A stretch of DNA of 64,000 nt from an uncultured delta proteobacterium (GCA_963755125.1 CAVWIP010000016.1:32001-96000); one strand, 5' to 3'. Counted from the stretch's first letter, positions 29,023 through 39,368 are shown. Program-made: numbers and translations. The notes: generated by a model not told the origin, from the sequence alone.

Positions 29023-31824
29023 TCACTGCACGCGAATCGTCGTCACGCGCAGGCGATCCTTGCCGTCGTTGGCCTCGGGCGGCGTGACCGGCAGGCGGGC
29101 TGCCCCCTTGAACAGACCCACCAAGACCGCGTACACGCCGGGCGGTCCGGCAAAGACGATGCGCTGGCGGTCGCGAATGTGCTGCCCGGGCCGCCAGCGT
29201 TCGACAGGATAGGCGCCGTCGACCGGGACATGGTCCAGGTTGCGGAAGCTGCCGCCGGGGCCGTCGAGGTGGAAGAACGGCCGCCAGCCATGCGGCACAG
29301 GTGCGAGCGATTCGAAGTACACGGTCAGCTCGACATCACCGCCGCGCGCAACCTCCGGCGACGAGAGGTCATAGCCGGTCACGCGCAAGGCATCGCCGAT
29401 GCGTCCGTCCAGCGCATGGGTTGGCGCCGGCGCCGGCGCTCCGGGCGCCGACACGCTGGCCGCGATCTTCTCGCCGTAGCCCGCTGGCAGCGAAAGCAGG
29501 GCCACGCGCGTCCGCAGATCAGCCTTGAGGCGCGAGCACTCAGGCTCGCCCGCCGACGTCCCCCACAGATCGCGCGCTTCAGCCGGATCGTGGGCCAGGT
29601 CGTAGCACTCGGTGGTGTTGTCCGGGGTCCAGTTCCAGATCAGATGATGGCTGGCCGTCACCCAGGCCCGTCGCTTGACATTGCCCTCGTAGCTGACCTC
29701 CTGGAACACCGGCTGCGGCGCCGCACCGTCGAGACTTCCCGCCAGCAAATCCACCATGGATCGGCCGAGAAACCCCGGCTGGTGTGGGCCGCGCGCCAGA
29801 TTGACCAACGTCGGCGCCAGGTCCACGTGGCCCACGGGAGTGCTGGAGCGCCGGGGCGGAAGCCCGGGCACGCGCACGATGAACGGGACCTTGGTGTGGG
29901 GCGCGTACAGGTGATAGCCGTGGGCGCTGATGCCGTGCTCGCCCAGTGACTCGCCGTGATCGCCGGTGACGACAATCGCCGTCTTGTCCCACAGCCCCAG
30001 GGTCTTCAACTCGTCGAGTACGCGGCCGAAGTGATGGTCGGTGAACCAGATCTCGCCGTCGTACAGGTCGGCCTGGCCGTCGCCGAAGGCGGGCGCCTCG
30101 GGGTGGCGTTCGTAGTTGAGGTGCGGGTCGTAGAAGTGCAACCACAGGAAAAACTTCTCCTGTCCGTGCTCGCGCAGGAACGCGATGCCCTTGTCGGCCA
30201 TCTGGCGCGCAGAGGATCCCACCGACTCGGCGGGACCACCGACGTTGGTGTGCAAGGCTGCGCACTCGTCGTCGTAGAAGTCGATGCCGCGTTCGAAGCC
30301 GCGCCGGTCGGCGCGATTGAAGTAGAGATAGGCATAGAAGGCCGCGGTAGTGTAGCCGAGATCGTGCAACGCCTCGCCGATGGTGCGCATGCTGGGATCG
30401 ATGCGCGGCCACCAAATGGACTCGTCCCACTTGATGGCTGACGGCCAGCGCGAGGTGGCGATGGCCGGCATCGAGTAGCGGGTCGAGGGCGCGTGCGCCC
30501 AGCCGTTCTCGAAGAGCACGCTTTCGCCGGCCAGCCGATCGAGCGCCGGCGAGGTCGGCCGCCGGTAGCCGTAGCAGCCGAGGCGATCGGCGCGCAGGGT
30601 GTCGATGGTCACGAAGAGGAACTTGAGGTCCGCCGGCACCGAGGCTGGCACAGGATGAAACGCCGGCGAGCGCAGCGACTCGGTGCTGGCGTCCTTGCCG
30701 TCGCAGTCCTGATCGATGCCGTCGTCGGGCCAGTCCTGGGCGCCCGGGTTGCGCCCGGGATCGCTGTCATCGCAGTCGCCGCCGCCGAAGAAACGCGAGT
30801 ACCCGTCGTGGTCGAAATCAAAGGTGCGCTGGCCCAGGGCCACCAGATCGCCGGTGAACCCCGCGTGCGCCGAGCCTGCCTTGCGGGCCGGCTCGGATTC
30901 GCTGACCACGAACACGGTCACCAGCGCAAACAGCGGCAAGCCAGCGAGCAGGGCAGCCTGCCGCCATCTGCTGCCAGCCACAGGACGGCGTGAAAACAAC
31001 AACGCCAGGAACAGCGTGGCCAGCGCGAGTTCCACCACCACGCGCACCTCGTTCCACTGCACGAACTGGAAATCCTGCGCCCAGCGCGCACGGATGAGCA
31101 GCCCGGCGGGAACGCCGAAGAGCAGCAGCGCTACGCCCGCGGCCTTGGGCCAGGACAGGCGCGGCCAGGCGAGGCTGGCGCGACCCATGATCCAGGGCAG
31201 GAATGCAGTGAGAGCCCCGCCGAGGATCGAGCGCGCGACCCTCACGTCGCGAGGCAGAGGCGCGCGCGTGCGCCACACGACGAAGAACAGCGCGACCTCG
31301 ACGAGGAGGACCGCAAGCGGCGCGAGGAGCAGGAGCCCAGCCGCGGTCACGGACCTACCCGTCGGCGCGGGGCCGGCCTGCCCAGACGGCGGCGAGGAGA
31401 ATGGCAGCACGCGCGCCAGGGCTGGCCCAAGCATCGCGGCGACCGCCGCCGCCAATAGCGATGCCAGAGCCACGATGCCTGCGGCCAAGAAGCGGTTGTT
31501 GCGATTCGCGGTCTCATGAAGGGCCACGACCGGCACAACCGCTGCCAGTCCTCCGACCAAGAGCCAAGCGATCCCAGAGGCCCACCACCGACTCGCGCGC
31601 CGCCGCCCCCAGGCGCCGAAGCCCAGCAGCATTGCCAGGACCGCGCCGCCCGTCGCGCCCACCAACAGATCGAACCCGGCCACCAGCGCCACGCACGCAA
31701 GCAGCGGGACTCCACCCAGATGGCCGAGCCACGCAGCCCGGACGCCGTCGACGATTCCCACCACCGCCCCGCTCACAAGGGCGGCGCGGTAGAGGGCTAT
31801 CGAAAGGGTGCGGGGGCTAGGCAC
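29023..31824 (-). CDS. Membrane-bound sulfatase-like hydrolase/transferase (alkaline phosphatase superfamily)
   Basis: About 9 N-terminal TM segments; GGDCDDSDP...DGIDQDCDG motif; TIDTLRAD, HAPSTRYS, HFYDPH, YDGEI, GDHGE. Confidence 0.85.
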   Translation of the reverse strand: MPSPRTLSIALYRAALVSGAVVGIVDGVRAAWLGHLGGVPLLACVALVAGFDLLVGATGGAVLAMLLGFGAWGRRRASRWWASGIAWLLVGGLAAVVPVVALHETANRNNRFLAAGIVALASLLAAAVAAMLGPALARVLPFSSPPSGQAGPAPTGRSVTAAGLLLLAPLAVLLVEVALFFVVWRTRAPLPRDVRVARSILGGALTAFLPWIMGRASLAWPRLSWPKAAGVALLLFGVPAGLLIRARWAQDFQFVQWNEVRVVVELALATLFLALLFSRRPVAGSRWRQAALLAGLPLFALVTVFVVSESEPARKAGSAHAGFTGDLVALGQRTFDFDHDGYSRFFGGGDCDDSDPGRNPGAQDWPDDGIDQDCDGKDASTESLRSPAFHPVPASVPADLKFLFVTIDTLRADRLGCYGYRRPTSPALDRLAGESVLFENGWAHAPSTRYSMPAIATSRWPSAIKWDESIWWPRIDPSMRTIGEALHDLGYTTAAFYAYLYFNRADRRGFERGIDFYDDECAALHTNVGGPAESVGSSARQMADKGIAFLREHGQEKFFLWLHFYDPHLNYERHPEAPAFGDGQADLYDGEIWFTDHHFGRVLDELKTLGLWDKTAIVVTGDHGESLGEHGISAHGYHLYAPHTKVPFIVRVPGLPPRRSSTPVGHVDLAPTLVNLARGPHQPGFLGRSMVDLLAGSLDGAAPQPVFQEVSYEGNVKRRAWVTASHHLIWNWTPDNTTECYDLAHDPAEARDLWGTSAGEPECSRLKADLRTRVALLSLPAGYGEKIAASVSAPGAPAPAPTHALDGRIGDALRVTGYDLSSPEVARGGDVELTVYFESLAPVPHGWRPFFHLDGPGGSFRNLDHVPVDGAYPVERWRPGQHIRDRQRIVFAGPPGVYAVLVGLFKGAARLPVTPPEANDGKDRLRVTTIRVQ

Positions 31825-31936
31825 GTTAACCTATGGCTACCAGGGAAACCAGCAGGTTCAAAGCCAAGACACAGAAAGCCTCACAGCCGCAACCCAAGGG
31901 GCATTAGGTGATTCATCTCGTCAGCCACCCGCCGCC

Positions 31937-31969
31937 GAGAACGCAGAGGTGAGAGAAAAAGCCGCAGAG
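31937..31969 (+). repeat. 33-bp dispersed repeat, copy 1
   Basis: GAGAACGCAGAGGTGAGAGAAAAAGCCGCAGAG. Confidence 0.7.
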
Positions 31970-32007
31970 TCGGGGAAAACGCAGGGACGGCGATCCTCCG
32001 ACCACGT

Positions 32008-33606
32008 CTACGGCCACGACCTCCTCTCGCTATCGTGGAATTGCAGTTGGCCTTTCCCCTGGCAGCCGCGCCACCTGAAGATCCGGATCGCCCCCACGGT
32101 GGTGAGCAGCTGGTAGTGCGCGTCGAGAAACCCGACCATGCGCGGGTAGTTTTCGATGGGAAAGGCTTTCCAGTTTCGGAACGCCCGGGCGCCGTCGAGA
32201 ATGTAGGTGGCGCGATTGCGATCGAGATCGCCCATCAGTTGATCCCAGTGCTCGGGTCGGATGATGTCAGTGGCCTTGACCCGGCCGGAGCGGATGGCCC
32301 AGTTGCCCGGAACGTAGCCACAGATGGTCGAGTACGGGAGCGCGAAGCGACTGGCCAGGGGGAGGTCGGCGGGATAGGCGAACATCGGCCCCGGGCCCCA
32401 GGTGAACATCGACGCGCCCTCGAAACAGGCGTCCGCGCGCAAGACATCCGCCACTTTCCTGTACTCGGGGTTGTGTTCCTCCCAGGGGAACTGGTGCCCG
32501 CTGAGATAGAGAATGCCGTTGGCCACGCTGAAGCAGACCAGGCTGGCCAGGCCGTAGGCGAGCACCAGCTTGGCCCATCGGCCGAGCGGGAACACGCACA
32601 CACCGGCCACAAGCGGCGCCGCGCCGAGCGCCAGCGGCGTGTAGAGCGGGACGAAGTAGTGGGGATACATACGGAAGCCGACGAACACGATGGGAAAGGT
32701 GCAGACCAGGGTGCTCCACACCAGGACGCTCTGATGGCGCGACAGCAGAGACCGCCCGCGCACGATCATGATCCACAAGCCGATGGTCGCAGCGACGAAG
32801 GGCAAAAAATACTTCGCGATGCGCGCCAGGGCCTCGCCGCCCTCCATCGGCTGCTGCGCGTACCCGAAATTGTAGAACACCGTCCAGTAGAGGAACGCCT
32901 GGCTTTCCCCGTACGCCGCGAAAACCGCCCACGCCGCCAGCAGCGGAATGGCCAGGCCCGCGACAAAGGCAGGCAGCAACCACAGCAACGAGCGACGCTG
33001 GCCCCGGCTGGCGAGGAGAGCTGCGAGCACCAGGGCAGGCGACCACGCCAGCGCCTGTTGTTTGAACAACATCGCGATCCCCAGCAGGCCACCCGCACAG
33101 AACAACCAGCCCGCACACCGGCTGCGTTCTTCATCCCGCATCGCCGCGACCGCCCATGTCGCTGGCAGCAGCATCAGGATCTCGCAGTTGGCCGCGTGCA
33201 TGTCGTGCGCCAAGTAGGCCGCACCGAAGATCAGGAAGGTCATGCCCGCCGCGACGCCGCGGCGATCGTGGGCAAAGAAGGTCGACACGCCCAGGGCCGT
33301 GAGCGGCACGGTGACCAGCACCGTCAGCAGGTGAATGGCCAGCATGCCGCGCCCGAAAAGCAACTGGGCCACAGCGTAGTACACATAGAGAAGCGGCGGC
33401 TTGTTGTCGACGAAACCGACATAGAGATGCCGACCCCGCAACAGTTCCCACGAGCCCACGATGTGCATGGCCTCGTCGACGTCCAGGATGTCCACACCCA
33501 TGAGGAAGCCCCGGGTGACGAGGCTGGTCGCCAGGAACAGCAGGAACAGCGCGAGCCCCGGCCAGCGACGGTACAACCCTGCCGCCTGATCGTGAACCCA
33601 GGTCAT
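32008..33606 (-). CDS. GT-C glycosyltransferase (ArnT/PMT-like)
   Basis: DVDEAMH, DNKPPLLY, AANCEILMLLP, LFKQQ, YPHYF; multiple TM segments. Confidence 0.83.
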   Translation of the reverse strand: MTWVHDQAAGLYRRWPGLALFLLFLATSLVTRGFLMGVDILDVDEAMHIVGSWELLRGRHLYVGFVDNKPPLLYVYYAVAQLLFGRGMLAIHLLTVLVTVPLTALGVSTFFAHDRRGVAAGMTFLIFGAAYLAHDMHAANCEILMLLPATWAVAAMRDEERSRCAGWLFCAGGLLGIAMLFKQQALAWSPALVLAALLASRGQRRSLLWLLPAFVAGLAIPLLAAWAVFAAYGESQAFLYWTVFYNFGYAQQPMEGGEALARIAKYFLPFVAATIGLWIMIVRGRSLLSRHQSVLVWSTLVCTFPIVFVGFRMYPHYFVPLYTPLALGAAPLVAGVCVFPLGRWAKLVLAYGLASLVCFSVANGILYLSGHQFPWEEHNPEYRKVADVLRADACFEGASMFTWGPGPMFAYPADLPLASRFALPYSTICGYVPGNWAIRSGRVKATDIIRPEHWDQLMGDLDRNRATYILDGARAFRNWKAFPIENYPRMVGFLDAHYQLLTTVGAIRIFRWRGCQGKGQLQFHDSERRSWP

Positions 33607-34616
33607 GGGGGTCCGGGCTCCCGCGCCTCGGGCGCCCCGACCGAACTGCCGGCAGCCGTCTTCCAGTCGAGAAACGCCAGTGGCGTGATCACGCCGTTGG
33701 CGGCGATGGTACGCACGCGCAAGATTACGGTCATGATGACCCCCAGCACGGGGTCGAGGCCGAGAAACTTGAAGAGGAAAAACGAACTGCCCTCTGACAC
33801 GCCCACGCGCGCCGGGAGCACCGCGACCACATATTCAGCCACGTTCAGCGTCGCGTAGGCGAGCGCCACCTGGCCAAAGCTGTAGTGCGCGCCCAGCGCC
33901 CGCAGCGCCACAGCGTAGCTCGCCCATCCTGTCGTGCGCGCCACGATCTGCAGGAAAAAAACCTTCAGATAGGCAACAGGCCTCTCTCGCCAAAACAGCC
34001 TGACCTCGCGGTCGATCTGGCGCGCCACCTCGACCCAGTGGCCCGGATGTCGGCGCAAGACGGGAACGAACGCCAAGATGCGCAGGAAACCCGCGGCTGC
34101 GCCGTAGCGGACCAGCAAGCGCAGGCCGAGGTAGGGAACGAAGGCCAGCGCGTTGGCCGCGAGGATCACTCCCAGATGAAACCCATCGGTTTCGTGGCAC
34201 AGGGCGCAGGCGCACAAGGCCGCCGCCATCGAGAGCGTGGGACGCGAGATCTTGAACACGTAGTTCCAGATGATGGTGCCCGACACGGCCGGCTGGGTTC
34301 CGAACTGCCCGTGCAGCAGCGTCCCTTTCAACACCTCGCCTGATTCCCAGGGCAGGATCAGGTTGAGCATGGAGCCGGCGGCGTTGACCGTGACCGCGAA
34401 GCCCAGACGCAGACGCTGGCCCATGACGACCCACAGGGCCGCGCCGTCTGTCACCGTCTCGATCCAGCCAAGCAGCATGAGCATCGCGAGCGCCGGCCAG
34501 CCCACCCGCTGGAGCGCGCTGCCGACGGTGACCCAGCCGATACGGCCCAGCAGCCAGGCCAGTCCGGCCAGCGACCCGGTCACGCACACGAGCTGGATCA
34601 GGGTCTTGCGTCGCAC
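33603..34616 (-). CDS. Lysylphosphatidylglycerol-synthase TM / flippase-like domain protein
   Basis: About 8 TM segments; LNLILPWESGEVLKG; LPARVGVSEG...LGLDP; GTG start with GAGG RBS. Confidence 0.8.
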   Translation of the reverse strand: MRRKTLIQLVCVTGSLAGLAWLLGRIGWVTVGSALQRVGWPALAMLMLLGWIETVTDGAALWVVMGQRLRLGFAVTVNAAGSMLNLILPWESGEVLKGTLLHGQFGTQPAVSGTIIWNYVFKISRPTLSMAAALCACALCHETDGFHLGVILAANALAFVPYLGLRLLVRYGAAAGFLRILAFVPVLRRHPGHWVEVARQIDREVRLFWRERPVAYLKVFFLQIVARTTGWASYAVALRALGAHYSFGQVALAYATLNVAEYVVAVLPARVGVSEGSSFFLFKFLGLDPVLGVIMTVILRVRTIAANGVITPLAFLDWKTAAGSSVGAPEAREPGPP

Positions 34617-35764
34617 GACCGCCCCTCGATCAGCCGCTGATAGAGATCCCCGTGCAGCTTGCCCACGTTCTCCCAACTCGTCAGCTCGGCGAAGCGTCGA
34701 ATCTTCTCCTTCATCTGGCGCGCCCATTCCTCGTCGCACAGCAGACGCACCATGGTCTCGGTCCATGCCTCGCGGTCGTTAGGATCCGCGGTCAAGGCGC
34801 GGTCGATGCTCAGCTCGACTTCGTCGAACTTGGCGATACGCGAACAGAGCATCAACTTGCCCATGCCGGCGGTCTCGTGCATCACGCCGCTGACCGAGCT
34901 GTAGTCTTGCCGGTAGGGCATGGCCACCACGTCGGCCGTCGCGTACACCGTGGAAACCAGGTCCTGGGGGATGAAGCCGCCCCAGAAGCGACAGCGACGC
35001 GAGACACCGAGCAGAGCCCCGCGCGCGCGCAGGGCGCTGACGTAGAAGGACCAGCGCCGGTGGCGCGTGTGACCACCGATCAGGAGAAAAGCCTCGGGCA
35101 CCTGTCGCAGCACGCCTCGGAACACGTCGAGCAGGAACTCGATGCCCTTGCCCAGCCAGAGGAAACCGAAGAACAGAATCACCTTGGCGCCCTGTGGAAT
35201 CTGCAGTCGGGCGCGACTTGCCGCCACGTCGCCCTCGGGCAGGATGCGGCTGCCGTGCGGAACCACGGCGATGAGATCAGGCGCCACCCCGCGCGTGATG
35301 AGATCGTGCTTCATGCGCGGGCTGTGCACGGTGATGAGCGACGCGTGCTCGGCCATGGCCCGGTCGAAAGCGGCCGCGCTGCGCCCAGGCCGGTAGCCCG
35401 AACGCCAGGCTTCCGGGTACACGGAGTGCACGTTGACCACCGGACGCACGCCCATCTCGCGCAGCCGGGCCAGCAGGCGCGGGAGGCGGTTGTCATGGCC
35501 GAAGAGGTCCGGGGCGTACTGGACGATCAGCACGTCGGGCCGTGCGACCGCGGCCGCAGCGGCGATGGGCTCTACGTAGTCTTCATCGCGGCGGTAGCAC
35601 GGGATGCATTCATACGCGTCGGTCTGGGCCGGGGCCGATCCGATCTCCGCCAGGATGGTGTGGCGTAGGGGGCGATGGGCACGCATGCCCTGGATGAGCA
35701 GGTCCGTATAGAGCGACAGCCCGTAGCCGATGGGCCAGAAGGTGCTCAGGTGGGCGATCTTCAT
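34598..35764 (-). CDS. Glycosyltransferase family 4 (GT-B)
   Basis: VVPHG, ILFFGFLWLGKGIE, ADVVAMPY...SVSGV; ATGA-coupled to the radical SAM gene. Confidence 0.88.
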   Translation of the reverse strand: MKIAHLSTFWPIGYGLSLYTDLLIQGMRAHRPLRHTILAEIGSAPAQTDAYECIPCYRRDEDYVEPIAAAAAVARPDVLIVQYAPDLFGHDNRLPRLLARLREMGVRPVVNVHSVYPEAWRSGYRPGRSAAAFDRAMAEHASLITVHSPRMKHDLITRGVAPDLIAVVPHGSRILPEGDVAASRARLQIPQGAKVILFFGFLWLGKGIEFLLDVFRGVLRQVPEAFLLIGGHTRHRRWSFYVSALRARGALLGVSRRCRFWGGFIPQDLVSTVYATADVVAMPYRQDYSSVSGVMHETAGMGKLMLCSRIAKFDEVELSIDRALTADPNDREAWTETMVRLLCDEEWARQMKEKIRRFAELTSWENVGKLHGDLYQRLIEGRSCDARP

Positions 35765-36768
35765 GGCGGCGGGGGACTCGCGCGAAACTTCGCCTTGTGC
35801 TTGATGAACGGCCGATAGCGCAAGAGATAGTATGCGTAGGCGAGGCCGAACTGCACACGACGCGGCCAGGAAAGCCCGTCGAAGCTCGGCCAGAACAGGT
35901 TGCACGTGCCGCAAGGTGGGATCTGCTTGCGCCGTCCCGTGCGATGCATCTCGCGGTATGTACGCGCACGCGGGCCATTGTAGATGTCGAGAATCGATTC
36001 CTTGCGCGCGTCACCCCAGCCGAACTTCCCTTCCGTGTCCATGCAACACAAAGTCACCAGCCCGTTCGACAGAATATCGACGCGCGTGATGTGCTCGCAG
36101 GGGAACGACGGCACCGGCAGCGAGCTGGTGACGTCGCCCACGTAGTTGAACAGGCCGACGATCATGCAGTTGACCCTGCGCTGCTCGCAGTAGACAACGA
36201 AGCGCGCCTGGTCGGCGGCGGTGGTGTCGTTGGTGCGAGTCATGCGCACGGTGATCTCGCGCGCCAGCCGGCCTCGGCGCGAGGGATCGACGAGATACTC
36301 GATGTTGTTCAGCGTGCGATCGAGCCGCAGCCCCATGACCGCCTCGTACTTGGCCGGATCCAGGGTATTGAGGCTGATGAAGAGATGGTCGATGCCCACG
36401 CCCTGCAACTCGTCGACCCGCTTGGGCACCAGAGCAAAGCCGTTGGTGTAGAGCCGTAGCTTGGTGGCCGGCAGCCGTTCGCGCAGGTACTTCAGGCGCG
36501 GGACGATCTGCGGATCCATGAACGGCTCGCCGTTGAGAAACGGCTCGATGGCCTGCACCTGGAAGGTGGCACAGTCGTCGATGATCTTGCGGTAGAGATC
36601 GTCCGCCATCACCTCCCGGTCGCGATTCATGGCGCTATTGGGACAGAACGCGCACTTGGCGTTGCACGCGTTGGTGGTTTCGATGGCGACCAGGCGCGGG
36701 ATCTCGATCTTGTCGCGCATGTGAGTCAGTTTGTTCGACCCCATGGTCGGAAAGTGGCGGTTGTTCAT
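35761..36768 (-). CDS. Radical SAM protein with a SPASM/Twitch domain
   Basis: CNAKCAFC (CxxxCxxC), NGEPF, YTNG; C-terminal C-X16-CC-X43-CxxC; start uncertain (36744 is an alternative). Confidence 0.9.
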   Translation of the reverse strand: MNNRHFPTMGSNKLTHMRDKIEIPRLVAIETTNACNAKCAFCPNSAMNRDREVMADDLYRKIIDDCATFQVQAIEPFLNGEPFMDPQIVPRLKYLRERLPATKLRLYTNGFALVPKRVDELQGVGIDHLFISLNTLDPAKYEAVMGLRLDRTLNNIEYLVDPSRRGRLAREITVRMTRTNDTTAADQARFVVYCEQRRVNCMIVGLFNYVGDVTSSLPVPSFPCEHITRVDILSNGLVTLCCMDTEGKFGWGDARKESILDIYNGPRARTYREMHRTGRRKQIPPCGTCNLFWPSFDGLSWPRRVQFGLAYAYYLLRYRPFIKHKAKFRASPPPP

Positions 36769-36917
36769 CACGAAGAGCGAAGAGATTGGCCCGGCGCGCG
36801 GCCGTCGGTCTAGCCTACGTTCGGCCGGGTCGGAGGCCAAGTGCAACCTAGGGCAGTCCTGGTTTCCGCCGGAAGTGGTTTCCCCACACGCGATCTCGTG
36901 CTAGCAATCCCCGAAAC

Positions 36918-38051
36918 ATGAAGCGACCACTGCGCGGTGCAATAGTCGGCTACGGATTCATCGCTGGTCAAGGCCACGCGCCGACCTATGCCAAGCACAT
37001 GGGCAACGGCCGAGCAGTTGAGATCACGGCCCTTGCCGACATCTGCGAAGCCCGCCGGCAGGCAGCGCACGAGATGTTTCCCTCGGCCCACATCTACCCG
37101 GACCACGCCTCGCTGCTCGCCGCCGAGGCCGGGGAGCTGGATTTCCTCGATGTTGCCACGCCCCCGGCCCACCATGCCGAAATCGCCCGTGCTGCGCTCA
37201 GCCGAGGGCTGCACGTGTTGTGCGAGAAGCCCATGGCGACCACCGCCGAAGACGCCCGGGCCATGCTTCGACACGCGCGCGAAGCACGCCGGGTGATCTT
37301 CCCCTGTCACAACTACAAACATGCGCCGGTGGTCAAGGTCGTGCGCGGCATTCTGAATGAGGGAGTCATCGGCCCGGTGCACCTGGTGACCATGCAGACG
37401 TTCCGCAACACACACGCCAAGGGCGTGGAGGAATGGCGTCCTGACTGGCGCCGCGAGCGCGCCCTATCGGGTGGCGGCATCGCCATGGATCACGGCAGCC
37501 ACACCTTCTACCTGGCCTTTGACTGGATGGCGGCCTACCCCACCGCCCTGACCGCCCATTCTTCGACCACCGACGGCCACGACACCGAGGATGTCTTCGG
37601 CTGCACCCTGACCTTCCCGACCGGCGTCGTGTCAGCCCACCTTTCGTGGACCGCGGGCGTGCGCAAGGTCATGTACACGCTGCACGGCAAGAATGGCGCA
37701 ATCCGGGTTGAGGACGAGGATGTCGAGCTGGCCGTGCTGGAAGCGGGGCCCGGCGTGGTCGCGCCTGGATCACCGGGACAGTGGCGTTTCGAGCGCCGGG
37801 TAGCGCCGTCCGACTGGATGGACGCCAGTCACGTGGGCTGGTTCAGCTCGCTGTTTGACGAGTTCCGCGGCGCGATCGCGCGCGGCGAGTACGTGGGCAA
37901 GGACGCCATGGAGGCCTGCCTGTGCGTCGATCTCATCGAACGCGCCTACCGGTCTGCTGCCGAGGGCAGCCGCCTCGTCGACCTGCCCGATGGCGCCGTC
38001 GACCGGACGACACGGCCGCGCGCCCCGTGGCCTGCTCCGGCGCAGGCGTAG
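36918..38051 (+). CDS. Gfo/Idh/MocA family NAD(P)-dependent oxidoreductase
   Basis: GAIVGYGFIA, VATPPAHH, HVLCEKPM, GGGIAMDHGSH. Confidence 0.9.
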   Translation: MKRPLRGAIVGYGFIAGQGHAPTYAKHMGNGRAVEITALADICEARRQAAHEMFPSAHIYPDHASLLAAEAGELDFLDVATPPAHHAEIARAALSRGLHVLCEKPMATTAEDARAMLRHAREARRVIFPCHNYKHAPVVKVVRGILNEGVIGPVHLVTMQTFRNTHAKGVEEWRPDWRRERALSGGGIAMDHGSHTFYLAFDWMAAYPTALTAHSSTTDGHDTEDVFGCTLTFPTGVVSAHLSWTAGVRKVMYTLHGKNGAIRVEDEDVELAVLEAGPGVVAPGSPGQWRFERRVAPSDWMDASHVGWFSSLFDEFRGAIARGEYVGKDAMEACLCVDLIERAYRSAAEGSRLVDLPDGAVDRTTRPRAPWPAPAQA

Positions 38052-38077
38052 GCGGCCCCCCCGCGGCCGCGAGCCCA

Positions 38078-38110
38078 CTCTGTGTCCTCCCCTCTCGCCT
38101 CTGTGTTCTC
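38078..38110 (-). repeat. 33-bp dispersed repeat, copy 2
   Basis: Reverse complement GAGAACACAGAGGCGAGAGGGGAGGACACAGAG. Confidence 0.75.
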
Positions 38111-38141
38111 CACCGCGCGGCCGAAGACGCGGAGCCGCAAG

Positions 38142-39368
38142 CTAAGGAATGGTGGAACTGAAAAGTAGATCCATCAACTCCCGACCCTTGAGATTAAGGT
38201 ATCGGCCGGCCGCGCAGGTGGCTTCGTTGTAGCTTCGCAAGGTCGGATCGCCGGATACGCCTTCGCCGGAAACCATGAACGGCACGGGATCGCGGGTGTG
38301 CTTGCGCAGCTTGACCGGCACCGGATGGTCGGGCAGCACCATGACGCGCAACTTGTCGGTGTGGACCCTGCGGTACTCGTCGAGGAAGACCTTGATCAGC
38401 CGACCGTCGCAGTCCTCGATGCCCTTGATCTTGTTCGGCAGATCGCCCAGGTGGCCGCATTCGTCCACCGCCTCGACGTGGACATAGACGAAGTCGTTGC
38501 GGCGCAAAAGGTCCACGGCCGCAGCCGCCTTGTTCTCGTAGTTGGTGTCGAGAAACCCCGTGGCTCCCTCGGGCCGCAGCGACTCCATGCTGCCCAGCAG
38601 GCCGAGACCCAGAATCACGTCGACCGCAGAAATGATGCCGCCCTTCTTGCCATGTAGTCTTTCAAACGATGGCATTTGTGGCTTGCGGCCGCCGGACCAG
38701 GGCCAAATCAGGTTCGCCGGGTTCTTGCCTTCTGCCCGCCGTTTCACATTGACGGCGTGGTCTCCCAGGATCTCGCGCGAGCGGAAGACGAGCTGGCGCA
38801 GAAGCTCGGCCGTGGGCTCGGCCTCGGGCTTGGCCGCCCGCGGGAGAATCTCCCGCCACTTCAGGCCGTGTGACGAATCCGGCTTGTCGTAGGACACATC
38901 AGCAGAGAATTTCTTGCCCACAAGATAAAGAATGTGGCGATAGGACACTCCCCGCTTCAAGCGAATCTCCCGCGTGCCGAGCTTCTCGGACAGAGTCCCG
39001 ATGAGCGCGTCCGCCTCCGACTCGGAGATATGACCTGCTGAGTAGTCTTCGAGGATCTCGCCCTTGACCGTGATCAGGTTCATGCGGAAGGCCACGGTCT
39101 GTTCGTCGAGCGGCACCCCGAGTCCATAGCTCTCGATGGCGCCGCGGCCGGTGTACGCGCTGGCCAGATCCCATCCAAGCACGGACATGTTGGCCACGTC
39201 CGACGACGTCGGAAACGCCTCGGGAAGAGTCACGAAGGTTCCGAACTGCGCCGCCTGCGCCAGCCGGTCAAGGGTCGGCGTGTGCGCGATCTCAACTGGC
39301 GTCTTGCCGCCCAGCTCAGGCAGCGGGTAGTCGGCCATGCCGTCGATGAGAAAGACCACGTATTTCAT
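38142..39368 (-). CDS. apgM: Cofactor-independent phosphoglycerate mutase (archaeal/ApgM type)
   Basis: IDGMAD, GKTP, PTSSDVAN, YTGRG, HVEAVDECGH, PDHPVP...HTRDPVPF. Confidence 0.87.
   Translation of the reverse strand: MKYVVFLIDGMADYPLPELGGKTPVEIAHTPTLDRLAQAAQFGTFVTLPEAFPTSSDVANMSVLGWDLASAYTGRGAIESYGLGVPLDEQTVAFRMNLITVKGEILEDYSAGHISESEADALIGTLSEKLGTREIRLKRGVSYRHILYLVGKKFSADVSYDKPDSSHGLKWREILPRAAKPEAEPTAELLRQLVFRSREILGDHAVNVKRRAEGKNPANLIWPWSGGRKPQMPSFERLHGKKGGIISAVDVILGLGLLGSMESLRPEGATGFLDTNYENKAAAAVDLLRRNDFVYVHVEAVDECGHLGDLPNKIKGIEDCDGRLIKVFLDEYRRVHTDKLRVMVLPDHPVPVKLRKHTRDPVPFMVSGEGVSGDPTLRSYNEATCAAGRYLNLKGRELMDLLFSSTIP

Noticed and set aside
27395..29949. Long plus-strand ORFs (605 aa and 312 aa)
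   Set aside because: Shadows of the mutS2, DUF2130 and sulfatase-like genes, with no motifs of their own.
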